64,000 nt of DNA, from the NCBI GenBank assembly GCA_963777155.1, contig CAVZPM010000035.1:11376-75375 (forward strand), in the 5' to 3' direction. Positions 33,110 to 42,557 of the stretch are shown here, piece by piece. Numbering within the stretch: the stretch's first letter is position 1; every line of letters begins with the position of its first letter. The notes beneath the pieces were generated by a model, which saw nothing but the letters and a program-made list of their open reading frames with translations, was not told the origin of the DNA and made no database searches. A program made the translations under genes and the position numbers. The stretch comes from Candidatus Bathyarchaeota archaeon (GTDB taxonomy: Archaea; Thermoproteota; Bathyarchaeia; Bathyarchaeales; Bathycorpusculaceae).

Positions 33110-34045
33110 TTATTTACCCTTATTGTAAGGTTCCCTTAGATAGTTTGCTTTTACAAACATTTGTTCTAGTTCCTCATCGCTTGCACCTTGACGAATTGAA
33201 GTCAAAATGTCAGTCAGGTTATCGTTTCTCATTAGGCAGGGTTTTAGTTTACCGTCGCTGGTTACACGAAGACGCGTGCAGTGCATGCAGAAGTCGGTAT
33301 TCTCTATTGGTTTTACGATTTCAACAGTTGCGTTTGGCAAATGGTAGATTAACCGATTATGCATGAAGGGACGTTTCTCTACTGAAACGGCTTTTTCCTT
33401 CAACATGACCTCTTGCTCGTCTAGGCTGCGATGATGTTCCTTGTAGTAGACATCGCCCACGTTAACTGGGTCAAGCTCAATAAGCTGTAAAACAATGTTG
33501 TTGCGCCCAGCATACTCTATTAATTCTGGGACATCACCAACATTAACATCTTTTAAAACAACGGTGTTCAGCTTGACGGGGTTAAAACAAGCTTCAATCG
33601 CTGCTTTTACGCCTGCCAGTGCGTCTTCAAGTTTTCCGCCCGTTAACTTGTGGTAAGTTTCTGGATTCAGCGAGGGTAAACTAATGTTTACACGCCTGAG
33701 CCCGCAGTCATGCAGTTTCTTAGCCATCCCCCTACCAAGCAGCAACCCATTAGTAGTTAAAGATAAGTCACGTAAACCAGGTAATGAGGCGATGCCTTTT
33801 ACGATTTCGGTAAGGTCTTTGCGCATTAGTGGTTCGCCTCCTGTCAACTTTATTCGGGCAATTCCTAAGCTCACTGCGACTTTGGCGATATGCACGATTT
33901 CGTTAACCGACATTATTTCTGCCGAACGGTTGGCATGCTGCACTTCGCCTTCCCTGTGACAGTAAGCACAGCGGTTGTTGCATCGCTGGGTAATCGATAT
34001 TCTCAGATTAAGAAGTGGTCTGCCGCAGTTGTCTGATAAAGTCAT
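33110..34045 (-). CDS. moaA: GTP 3',8-cyclase
   Basis: LRISITQRCNNRCAYC, TGGEP, FCMHCTRLRVTSDGKLKPCL. Confidence 0.96.
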   Translation of the reverse strand: MTLSDNCGRPLLNLRISITQRCNNRCAYCHREGEVQHANRSAEIMSVNEIVHIAKVAVSLGIARIKLTGGEPLMRKDLTEIVKGIASLPGLRDLSLTTNGLLLGRGMAKKLHDCGLRRVNISLPSLNPETYHKLTGGKLEDALAGVKAAIEACFNPVKLNTVVLKDVNVGDVPELIEYAGRNNIVLQLIELDPVNVGDVYYKEHHRSLDEQEVMLKEKAVSVEKRPFMHNRLIYHLPNATVEIVKPIENTDFCMHCTRLRVTSDGKLKPCLMRNDNLTDILTSIRQGASDEELEQMFVKANYLREPYNKGK

Positions 34046-34578
34046 CGTTGTTCACGTGCGTGCTTAACGATGTGAGGAACCTCGGGTAAAATAAGCATTT
34101 CCACCGCGGTTTTCACAGCGTTAGGCGAACCTGGAATGCAAAAGATAGCTTTTCCTTTTGCGACCCCAGCTACGGCACGGGACAAAACGGCTGCTGAACC
34201 CACTTTGTCATAACTTATTCTACGGAAGAACTCGCCGAATCCTGGTAGGGTTTTTTCAAAAAACGGTGTAACCGTTTCGATGGTTATGTCGGTGGGAGTT
34301 ATTCCTGTGCCTCCAGAGAAAATCGCCACATCCAATGCAGCCAAACCTAAAACATACATGGCTTCATCCTGAATCATCGTTTGGTCGTCAGCTATTATTT
34401 TCTTGAACAGGACGTTTTGTCCTGCGTTTTTAAGCAACTCAACGATGGTGTCGCCGCCTATGTCGCTGACTTCTTTTTCGCCTTGCTCGATTTGTTTGTA
34501 GCGTGACGTGCTGCAGATGTAGACACCAAAATTCAGGTTTTTTAGATGCTTTTGCCTTGTGCTGTTTGGAGCTTTCAC
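34042..34578 (-). CDS. moaB: Molybdopterin adenylyltransferase MoaB/Mog
   Basis: SGGTGITPTDIT.E, PGFGE, LSRA.AG, PGSP. Confidence 0.92.
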   Translation of the reverse strand: MKAPNSTRQKHLKNLNFGVYICSTSRYKQIEQGEKEVSDIGGDTIVELLKNAGQNVLFKKIIADDQTMIQDEAMYVLGLAALDVAIFSGGTGITPTDITIETVTPFFEKTLPGFGEFFRRISYDKVGSAAVLSRAVAGVAKGKAIFCIPGSPNAVKTAVEMLILPEVPHIVKHAREQR

Positions 34579-34584
34579 TCATAA

Positions 34585-35022
34585 TTATACCTGCTTGAAT
34601 TTCTTAATAACATGAATATTCTCAATCGCTGTAGAAGGGTATTGGCCATTAGCGTCTTTTTCATATTGCTTGGTCATGTCCCAAACCGTCAATAGTGCCA
34701 TTGAGACAGCGGTTAAAGCTTCCATCTCCACTCCCGTCTGCGCTTTGGTTTTGACTGTCGCAGTGGCGGATACTGTACCTCTATCGGAGACTTTCAAATC
34801 CACTTCTACATTAGTCAAGGGCAACGGGTGACAAAGAGGAATCAGGTCGCTTGTCCTTTTAGCGGCTAGGACACCTGCAATCTTTGCAGTGTAAAGGGGA
34901 TCACCTTTGGCGATTTTCCCAGCTTGAATCAAAATTATCGTTTCGGACTTTAATTTTATTGAACCTGTCGCCGTGGCTTCTCTGAAAATCTCTGCCTTAC
35001 CCGATACATCAACCATAGCCAT
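34585..35022 (-). CDS. moaC: Cyclic pyranopterin monophosphate synthase
   Basis: MVDVSGK, LIPLCHP, TGVEMEAL, DMTK. Confidence 0.96.
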   Translation of the reverse strand: MAMVDVSGKAEIFREATATGSIKLKSETIILIQAGKIAKGDPLYTAKIAGVLAAKRTSDLIPLCHPLPLTNVEVDLKVSDRGTVSATATVKTKAQTGVEMEALTAVSMALLTVWDMTKQYEKDANGQYPSTAIENIHVIKKFKQV

Positions 35023-35163
35023 TTTGTATTCCCTTCTGAGTTATGCTGTGGATATAGGTTGGTTTTGCTTGCTTTTATTAGTTGATGTAAGAAGACGTCA
35101 AGTTTGCTGACCCATATCTATAAGGGGTAACATTTATACTTAAAAATAACAATGTTATATACT

Positions 35164-35229
35164 ATGAGCGGGAGGCAAAAAAGTACCCTTGCCCAAAAAG
35201 GTACAATTTTTCTCCGCCCACCCGCTCAT
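35164..35229 (-). other. 66-nt stable hairpin between the HTH gene and moaC
   Basis: ATGAGCGGG/CCCGCTCAT outer stem, GTACC/GGTAC inner stem, G-U extensions on the minus strand. Confidence 0.6.
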
Positions 35230-35243
35230 TCCCCAACAAACAG

Positions 35244-35507
35244 TTACGGTTTCGCCCAAGCTTCAATCAAAGCCACCACAGCCTTCGCCTTAGATGAGCC
35301 CTCATTAAACCGGTACATCCGAACGCGACCATAAGTTCGCTCCTGCAATATGCCCTCAGACTCTAAAATCTTGAGGTGCTCAGATGTCGAGGTAAAATTA
35401 AGTTTTAGCCGCCTAGCAACATCAGAAACGTTGAGTTGCCCCAGTTGATAGATAAGTCTTAGAATTTTCATACGGGACTTTGAAGAGAAAACTTCCTCAA
35501 GCTCCAA
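35244..35507 (-). CDS. ArsR-like winged-helix protein
   Basis: SRMKILRLI...LNVSDVARRL...SEHLKILESEGIL...GRVRMYR. Confidence 0.85.
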   Translation of the reverse strand: MELEEVFSSKSRMKILRLIYQLGQLNVSDVARRLKLNFTSTSEHLKILESEGILQERTYGRVRMYRFNEGSSKAKAVVALIEAWAKP

Positions 35508-35511
35508 GATT

Positions 35512-36702
35512 TCACCTTCGTTCCTTTTCCATTCGCAAACTCGCCTCTAATTCCTTCTCCAACTCGCCAGCAGGTATGGTTGGCAAGGAAAGACGTGTTG
35601 TCCGCCCACGCAATTCAGCAGGCGCCACCTCAGTTTTCAGTACACCTAACTTAGAGAGGTATTGGGCATAGTTCCAAACTTGCGTATGCCCATTTGGCGT
35701 CTCATCGAACTCTTCGCAGGCAACCGCGTATGCTTTCTCAACTTCAGAGAGGGAAACGTAAGCTTGCTCGTTTTCCTTAAAGTAACGAGCAACAGAAAGC
35801 AGAAAAAGTCTCTCATGCAAACCCAATGAAGCCAGTTCACCGCGTCGCAACCCTGGAATAATAGCTGACACAGCCATCCGAACATACTCAGGTTCTACAC
35901 ACCCAGCATCGTTTGCATCAGCATATTTACCAGCACGCCATAACAACTCAATACCGAAACGGGCATTTCCGGTCTCAGAGAAGGCCACTTCCGCAATCAA
36001 ATCCACCACGTCCTCAGGCATTGAGCCCAAGTTAAAAGCCAACGTAACACGGTCGTTTAAGATGTCTACGAGCTGTGGCTTGCCATACCGTTCAAGGCTT
36101 ATAATGCTTCTTTGCAGAGTACTCCTTGAGCTTTCATCCAGTTGTTCAACTGCTTTCAAATCACGCATAATAAAAATGAATGATAGCCTCTGGGGTTTGT
36201 CCTGCCGCGTTTCCTGCAACCGCGTGAGTTTGTAGACAGCATCAGCGCCTTCTTTCTCGATTAGGCTGTCAAACTCGTCAAGAGTCAATATCATAAAGGC
36301 GTTCTCTTCGTCCAAAACCTGCATGAGCGTCGAAAGAATTTCTTCAGCTCCGTAACCGCGCGCTGGGTAGTTGGGTCGATAAACGGTAACAGTTCGATGT
36401 AGAATCGGCTGAAGACTTCCGCGGTATTCCCGGCAGTTAATGTGGACGTAGCGGAATTTTAAGCCGCGTTTATTAGCTTCCGAGGTGATGCTTGCACCAA
36501 AGTGCTGTGCAAGCGCTGTTTTTCCCGTACCCACATCGCCAGTCAAGATTACCCGTTGAGTCATTCGCTCAGGACAGCGTAAAATAAAGTTGAAGAATTC
36601 AAGAAGTAGGCGGTGTTGAGTTTCTCTGTGTGGCAGTTTTTGCGGAATGTAGTTTATGTCAAGCCTCGATTCGTCTTTGAACACGCTTTGACGCGGCGCC
36701 AC
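35512..36702 (-). CDS. cdc6: Orc1/Cdc6 replication initiator family protein
   Basis: YIPQKLPHRE, GDVGTGKT, HINC, LDEFD, GNAR, C-terminal wH. Confidence 0.92.
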   Translation of the reverse strand: MAPRQSVFKDESRLDINYIPQKLPHRETQHRLLLEFFNFILRCPERMTQRVILTGDVGTGKTALAQHFGASITSEANKRGLKFRYVHINCREYRGSLQPILHRTVTVYRPNYPARGYGAEEILSTLMQVLDEENAFMILTLDEFDSLIEKEGADAVYKLTRLQETRQDKPQRLSFIFIMRDLKAVEQLDESSRSTLQRSIISLERYGKPQLVDILNDRVTLAFNLGSMPEDVVDLIAEVAFSETGNARFGIELLWRAGKYADANDAGCVEPEYVRMAVSAIIPGLRRGELASLGLHERLFLLSVARYFKENEQAYVSLSEVEKAYAVACEEFDETPNGHTQVWNYAQYLSKLGVLKTEVAPAELRGRTTRLSLPTIPAGELEKELEASLRMEKERR

Positions 36703-36884
36703 TTACATTCCTCAAGATAAGAGATTATTGTTTGGGTAATATTATGTTTTAAAAACATATGTATAAGTTTGTATCCTAAAATGAAAGAAACCTCTTTAAC
36801 CTAGAAAAGACAAAATTGTTTTAGAGCACGGTTTCTATAAAAAACAATAAAGCGAGGTAGATCAGCATAGAATATTCCGAGAAA

Positions 36885-37667
36885 ATGCCTGTCCTCTTTG
36901 TAGGTCATGGCTCACCGATGAATATAATACTAAAGAACAGTTACACCAAAAGCCTCGCAAAAACCTCCAAAGAGATCCCAAAACCCAAAGCCATACTGGT
37001 CATATCAGCTCACTGGCTAACAAACGGCACATTTGTTACATGTGTGGAAAAACCAGAAACTATCTACGACTTCTATGGCTTTCCAGATGAACTATACCAG
37101 CTCAATTATCCAAGTCCTGGCTCACTGGAAAACGCTCAACTAACCATAAAAATGGGAAAGTCTGCTCAGATAAAGTGTGGAATCTGGGGATTGGATCATG
37201 CAGCTTGGGCAGTCTTAAAGCACATGTATCCAGATGCAGACGTCCCAGTTTTCGAGTTGAGCTTGGATTACTCGCCCTATAATAATTGGAACCCAAAGTC
37301 GATGGAGTATCACTATAATTTAGGCTCAGAGCTTGCGCCGTTGAGGGAGAAAGGGGTTCTTATCATCGGCAGCGGGAACATCGTCCATAATTTGGGGATT
37401 ATCGATTTTGACATTGATGCCAAACCATTTGAGTGGGCTGTAAAATTTGATGAACAAGTTAAACAATGCTTGATTTCAGGAAACCACAAAGCTTTAATCA
37501 ACTACCTTAAACTGGGAAAAGAGGCAAATTATGCGGTGCCAACTCAAGATCACTATCTGCCAATGATTTACTCGATTGGACTCCAAAGAAAAGGTGAAAG
37601 GTTGAAGTTTATCCATGAAGGGTTCCAGAATGGTTCAGTTTCGATGCGAGCTTTCCAAATAGGCTAA
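36885..37667 (+). CDS. ygiD: 4,5-DOPA dioxygenase-like extradiol dioxygenase (LigB/YgiD family)
   Basis: PVLFVGHGSPM, ISAHW, YDFYGFP, GLDH, GSGNIVHNL, PTQDHYLP. Confidence 0.9.
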   Translation: MPVLFVGHGSPMNIILKNSYTKSLAKTSKEIPKPKAILVISAHWLTNGTFVTCVEKPETIYDFYGFPDELYQLNYPSPGSLENAQLTIKMGKSAQIKCGIWGLDHAAWAVLKHMYPDADVPVFELSLDYSPYNNWNPKSMEYHYNLGSELAPLREKGVLIIGSGNIVHNLGIIDFDIDAKPFEWAVKFDEQVKQCLISGNHKALINYLKLGKEANYAVPTQDHYLPMIYSIGLQRKGERLKFIHEGFQNGSVSMRAFQIG

Positions 37668-37694
37668 AATCGAGAACAAAAAAGGGAAGGAAAA

Positions 37695-38534
37695 TTATTT
37701 TGCATAGGCCTCGACAAGGTCGCGTGCAGTTATAATACCTACGAACTTGCCGTTTTTGACAACAGGCAATCGTCTAATATGCTTTAATGCCATTGTAGCT
37801 GCGGATCTATGAACGCTGGTGCCAGCAGGAATAACAGCTAGAGGCGATGAACAATCCATTCCTACTTCGGTAAACAAATCCCTACCTTGCGCCAAGAAGG
37901 CGGTGATCAGGTCTCGTTCAGTAAAAATCCCAAACGGTTCTCCATCGCGGGTAATTAGAACGCTACCGATGCGCTTGCTACCCATTATTTTAGCTATGCT
38001 GATAACAGATGTTTCTTTGTCAGCGGTAACAACCTCTTTAGTCATGAAGTCGTCGACTTTAACCTCAGTCTCAGGAACATCGGGTAAACTCTTGATTAAA
38101 TCTGAAGCGGTTATGATACCCACAAGCATTCCAGAATCAAATACTGCAAGTCTGCCTTTCTGACTAATCATCATCTTGGCAACTTCTTTTATCTTGGAAT
38201 TGTAAGAAATACCGTTAAGCGGGTACGACATTACATCTTCGACTTTTCCGTCTCTAAGAAATAATCCATACGCCAAGACCTTACTCAGCAAGTCCCGCTC
38301 TGTAATTATGCCCACCGGTGTTTTGTATTTAACAACAATTAGGCTTCCAATGTGTTTTTCACCCATTATTCGGGCAGCCTCATTTAGCGAAGATTCCGGA
38401 GTTGTGGTCACGACGTCCTTGCTCATTAGTTCGTTTGCCATTCGATAACGTGGCAAATCACGTTTGTACTGTTCATAAGCTATGTCTACGACGCCTGGCA
38501 ACTTCCTTTTAATTTCTTCTTGAGGTGTCGCCAA
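37695..38534 (-). CDS. CBS-domain protein (two CBS pairs)
   Basis: Four repeats of the GIITERD/GIITASD/GIFTERD/GIITARD type. Confidence 0.9.
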   Translation of the reverse strand: MATPQEEIKRKLPGVVDIAYEQYKRDLPRYRMANELMSKDVVTTTPESSLNEAARIMGEKHIGSLIVVKYKTPVGIITERDLLSKVLAYGLFLRDGKVEDVMSYPLNGISYNSKIKEVAKMMISQKGRLAVFDSGMLVGIITASDLIKSLPDVPETEVKVDDFMTKEVVTADKETSVISIAKIMGSKRIGSVLITRDGEPFGIFTERDLITAFLAQGRDLFTEVGMDCSSPLAVIPAGTSVHRSAATMALKHIRRLPVVKNGKFVGIITARDLVEAYAK

Positions 38535-38680
38535 AAAAATTCCTCAATACAAGTAATAGTCGGAAGGTCTAATTAAGTTTCCACACTAACAACCCTTCGA
38601 ATCTAATCACTTTCGGATAGCTGTTAGATACATAGAGAAATAGTATAGGTAGACTAAGTTTCAAAACACAACACTAATAA

Positions 38681-39277
38681 ATGCATACTGCAATCCTATT
38701 TTCCGACACTAACATGATACCAAAATACTTCTTTTTCACTAAAGGAGTCGGTAAACATAAAGAGCAACTCCAATCATTCGAATTAGCCCTGCGAGATGCA
38801 GGCATACAGATGTGCAACCTCGTCAGCGTATCCAGCATCGTTCCACCCGGATGTGAACTGGTAACACGGGAAAAAGGCTTAAAAATGATTCAACCCGGAG
38901 AAATCACCTTCGTAGTCATCGCCCGCAACTCAACTAACGAACCACACAGGCTTGTTGCATCCTCGGTCGGCGTTGCTATTCCCTCGGGGAAGAACCAGTA
39001 TGGCTATCTCAGCGAACACCACAGCTTTGGGCAAACCGACGAAACAGCAGGCGAGTACGCAGAAGACCTCGCAGCAACCATGCTTGCAACCACCATGGGC
39101 ATCCAGTTTGACCCAGAGACCGCGTGGGATGAACGCAAAAAAATCTTCAAAACCACAGGCCTCATAATCAAAACCGCCAACACCACACAGTCAGCAGCAG
39201 GCGACAAAAACGGCCTCTGGACCACAACCGTTGCCGCAGCAGTGCTAGTTCCGCAAGAAAACGGCAAAAAAGAATAA
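38681..39277 (+). CDS. pdaD: Pyruvoyl-dependent arginine decarboxylase
   Basis: [11 protein letters not shown]...[11 protein letters not shown] (Ser-Ser cleavage site), GYLSEH. Confidence 0.9.
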   Translation: MHTAILFSDTNMIPKYFFFTKGVGKHKEQLQSFELALRDAGIQMCNLVSVSSIVPPGCELVTREKGLKMIQPGEITFVVIARNSTNEPHRLVASSVGVAIPSGKNQYGYLSEHHSFGQTDETAGEYAEDLAATMLATTMGIQFDPETAWDERKKIFKTTGLIIKTANTTQSAAGDKNGLWTTTVAAAVLVPQENGKKE

Positions 39278-39676
39278 GAGAGAAAAAGGGTTAGCAAGTT
39301 TCTTTAGGACTTGCAAATTTGCTTATTCTCAGCATTTCCGTCTTAAAGAAATATAAAAATCTAATTAAATCGCAAAAACGCAAGTTTCATTGGATTATGA
39401 GTGAGCCAAATGTGGTTTTTCGGTTACAGATTAGCTCAAACCAGTTTCTACGCATTCATCATCCATCATTGCCTTCAAGTTCTTAATTCTGTAGAAGTTG
39501 CAACCCTCCACAACAAACAATTGCAACAACAACTTCTTTCCAACCCCATTGCTGCATACAACAAACTCCTAAAAACTTGAATAGTAAACGTCCAACCGCA
39601 AAAGGCATAATTGGAAAACGACTTTCTAAACTACGGCCTTTCTAGAGGAGTAGTTGTGAATTGTTTATCGCTACTT

Positions 39677-40477
39677 TTAAGAAACATTAAAAAAAGATTC
39701 CAGCTTGGAATTCTCAGTTTTCCTAAGGACTTCCGCGCAGACTTTTGGGTCAAGCGCCTTAAACTCCAAGCCAAGCGTCACCAGCAACCGCTGCACATCC
39801 TTGCCAAGGCTTGGCGCAACCAGGACCGCTCGGATGTCGCGATTAACTTTAGCTTTTATAGGTTCAATATACTTTGCCAACTGCAACGCAGCTTCTTTGC
39901 TCGCAGTTTTGCGTTTAACTTCCACGATTACGAGCTTGCCGTTTTTGTCTTCGCCGTAAATATCTACGAAGCCTGGTTCAACTTTTTTCTCCCAGCTAAT
40001 AGGCTTAAATCCTTCCTCCAAAAGAGAAGGCTTTAGAAGAATCGCTCGGTGCATGTCGTCTTCGCTGGCGTACAAGAGAAAGTCGCCTGCATCAGCCAAG
40101 TTAAGGGCGGAAGCCATGTAGACGTTGCTGAATGCAACTTTGACGCTTTCGCGTGGTTTCTGTCTAACGCCATGAATCTCCAACTCGCTCTCTTTAACTT
40201 GAACATGGAAAATACTGCCTGCAGGTTGCCAGTTTACCGGTTCGTAGCCGACTGGACGATGAACAAGCAGTGAACCGTCGGATTTTATGATTAGGAGACG
40301 TTCTCCAGGTTCAAGTGTTGAACGTGCCCTTCCAACATAATGTACGTGGCAAGTGCCAGCGACAATGAGGGTTCTTCGCTGTGAAAAGGCTTTCTCAATT
40401 AGGGCAGCAGCTTCCGACAAGGTTGGTTCAGTTAGGACTGCAAGTTTGTTTGGTTGTTGCATTCTTGTTTTCGCCAA
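39677..40477 (-). CDS. nucS: Mismatch endonuclease NucS/EndoMS
   Basis: Y.GRARSTL, IIKSDGSLLVH, PVNWQP, VDIYGED...VEVKR, QLAKY, LVAPS. Confidence 0.93.
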   Translation of the reverse strand: MAKTRMQQPNKLAVLTEPTLSEAAALIEKAFSQRRTLIVAGTCHVHYVGRARSTLEPGERLLIIKSDGSLLVHRPVGYEPVNWQPAGSIFHVQVKESELEIHGVRQKPRESVKVAFSNVYMASALNLADAGDFLLYASEDDMHRAILLKPSLLEEGFKPISWEKKVEPGFVDIYGEDKNGKLVIVEVKRKTASKEAALQLAKYIEPIKAKVNRDIRAVLVAPSLGKDVQRLLVTLGLEFKALDPKVCAEVLRKTENSKLESFFNVS

Positions 40478-40511
40478 CTATTTTAGTCAGGCATTGGGTA
40501 CATAAGATTTC

Positions 40512-41078
40512 TTGAAGGAAAAACAATTGGCAACTTGGAAAGACAAGCTCAAAGTCATGCAGAGCTACGATGTGACAGCGGAAATGTATGAGGAACGATA
40601 TGCAGAAGAGCAGCAAAGGAAATACAAAAAAGCGTTAGAAAAAGTTAACGTTTCCGACAAGGTATTGTTGGATGTTGGTTGCGGTTCAGGATTGTTTTTC
40701 CGAGAAGTTGCCAAAGACGCATTGATGGCTGTTGGAGTGGATATTTCACGCAAACTGCTCTTTAAAGCAAAAGAACAGGCAAGGGCTTTTCCAAACACTT
40801 TTGTTCTACAAGCAGATGCAGACCACCTGCCTTTCAAAAAAGAATGTTTTGATCACGTTTTTGCTTTTACTATACTCCAAAACATGCCTAAACCCAATGA
40901 ATCGTTGAAAGAGTTAAAGCGGGTTGTTAAACCAGTTGGTAGGGTTGTGGTGACTGGGTTGAAGAAAGCGTTTCCACTTGAAAAGTTCTTGGATATTTTG
41001 GAAAACAGTGGTTTGAAAGTTACTGCCTTTGTTGACGATGAAGAGGTAAATTGTTATGTTGCAGTGTTAACTGTTTAG
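40512..41078 (+). CDS. Class I SAM-dependent methyltransferase
   Basis: LLDVGCGSG, GVDIS, ADADHLPF...FD. Confidence 0.88.
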   Translation: MKEKQLATWKDKLKVMQSYDVTAEMYEERYAEEQQRKYKKALEKVNVSDKVLLDVGCGSGLFFREVAKDALMAVGVDISRKLLFKAKEQARAFPNTFVLQADADHLPFKKECFDHVFAFTILQNMPKPNESLKELKRVVKPVGRVVVTGLKKAFPLEKFLDILENSGLKVTAFVDDEEVNCYVAVLTV

Positions 41079-41088
41079 CTTTTAGGTA

Positions 41089-41736
41089 CTATTCTTCCTC
41101 TTCTTGGGGTTCGGATTCTTCGGCTGCTTCCACTTCTGAATCCTGTTCCGGTAGTGGTGCAGCTGCTTCTTCTTGCTGTTTCTCCGCGTTAAGCAACATG
41201 TTGATTAGCGATTTTTGATCCACTTCGGCGCGTGTCCGCCAATCCAAGTATAGCAATCCCTTATCGTCTTGCATCAGGTAGCCATAACGGATGTAGCGAT
41301 CTATGTTTAAACCAATCTTCCAGTTTGGCATTTTCTCGCCGAGCATTTTTTCAACGTCTTTGCGTGCTGCTTGACCCTTTTTGCTGATGATGTAACTTAT
41401 GGTTATGGCTAAACCCGCTAAATCGTCTATGCGCCAACCCATTAACTTTTCCTTAGTTACCGAGCCATTCGAAAGAGCAACGAAGAAACGTGCCTTATCC
41501 AATTCTTCAATCGTTGGTTTTTCGGGAGTTTTTTCTTCTTCAAAAACCACTCTAACTTGCAAGTCCATCGGTTTTAGGTAATCTTCTAGCAAGTCAAGAA
41601 CTTTGGGGTAATCTGAACCTATGGCTTTGTGAAGTTCCCAGCCTTTCACACCCGGCTTCTGATGACGCTTATAGAAAAGCATCAGTGTTGCTTTCTTGAC
41701 TTTACCTGAGTAAACGCCTTTTTTCTTAACGCTCAT
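41089..41736 (-). CDS. Tandem winged-helix KITE-like protein (Nse1/Nse3/ScpB-like), putative SMC partner
   Basis: Third gene of the SMC operon; C-terminal YIRYGYL...LYLDWRTRAE recalls the Nse1/MAGE WH-B end; acidic tail. Confidence 0.6.
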   Translation of the reverse strand: MSVKKKGVYSGKVKKATLMLFYKRHQKPGVKGWELHKAIGSDYPKVLDLLEDYLKPMDLQVRVVFEEEKTPEKPTIEELDKARFFVALSNGSVTKEKLMGWRIDDLAGLAITISYIISKKGQAARKDVEKMLGEKMPNWKIGLNIDRYIRYGYLMQDDKGLLYLDWRTRAEVDQKSLINMLLNAEKQQEEAAAPLPEQDSEVEAAEESEPQEEEE

Positions 41737-42557
41737 TTTAGTTCGCCTCGTCTCCATTTTCCCCAGTCTTCACACGAAACCGCGATTGGAACCGACGTGG
41801 ACTGCTCGGTCAGGGCTTCCTTACGGGGTTTATCGAAGGGTAGAACAAAGATTGTTTCTTCTAACCTGTCAATCTCCAACGTCGCATAACCATAAGTAAC
41901 CAGAAAAGCAGTCAGGAAAGCGCGTTGCACAGTTTCTTCGTAGGTGTCTGCACCAATAAAATCCCAATACGCAACCTTGCCGCCGAGGCTCATTTCTGCA
42001 ACTTTGTTTTTGAGCTCCTGCCAGTAGCACTCGAGTTCCTCTGAGAATTCCCGCTCACTTAAAACCCGTTGCTTGACCAGTTCGTCGCGGCTAACCGAAC
42101 CCATGGCAACTTGGGAAACATCGATGTCTTTCCATCGATCGCCAAGAGGAGCCAATGCTTCCCAATATAGCAACCCTTGAGCTAAACTGTGGAGGCTGAT
42201 CTGCTCAAACTCAACCAGTGGACTCCAAGATCCCAAAAAAACCTCAACCATACCTTCTTTGCCAGTCTGACGGATTTTCTCCTCCAACAGAAACGGGTCT
42301 GTGTAGAGTGAATTTGACCTTTGTTTTACCCATTCACTTTGCATTTTAATGACTGTAGCTAAATGGTGGAGAGCTTCTGCATCAAGCTTTAGTTCCTCTG
42401 GGTTTTCCCAATGTGGAAAATATTCCTTAACGATTTTGATGATGTCGTCGACGTTTAGAGTGAATGGGTCAACTTGGTGGTTTTCTATGGCGATGCACAT
42501 TTCGATTATGCGTTCCAACCGTTCTTTACCCAGCTTCTTGCCTTCTTTGGTTGGCAT
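41733..42557 (-). CDS. Kleisin (ScpA-like)
   Basis: N-terminal VDPFTLNVDDII...EALHHLATVIKMQSE and C-terminal wH FLTAFLVTYGYATLE...TIFV match the ScpA domain patterns. Confidence 0.75.
   Translation of the reverse strand: MPTKEGKKLGKERLERIIEMCIAIENHQVDPFTLNVDDIIKIVKEYFPHWENPEELKLDAEALHHLATVIKMQSEWVKQRSNSLYTDPFLLEEKIRQTGKEGMVEVFLGSWSPLVEFEQISLHSLAQGLLYWEALAPLGDRWKDIDVSQVAMGSVSRDELVKQRVLSEREFSEELECYWQELKNKVAEMSLGGKVAYWDFIGADTYEETVQRAFLTAFLVTYGYATLEIDRLEETIFVLPFDKPRKEALTEQSTSVPIAVSCEDWGKWRRGELK

Noticed and set aside
36703-36884. Replication origin next to cdc6
   Set aside because: AT-rich with a short palindrome (TATGTTTT-A-AAAACATA), but I found no repeated ORB (TTCCAnnnGAAA plus G-string) elements
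39278-39676. Possible ncRNA or element between pdaD and nucS
   Set aside because: Only short hairpins consistent with terminators of convergent genes
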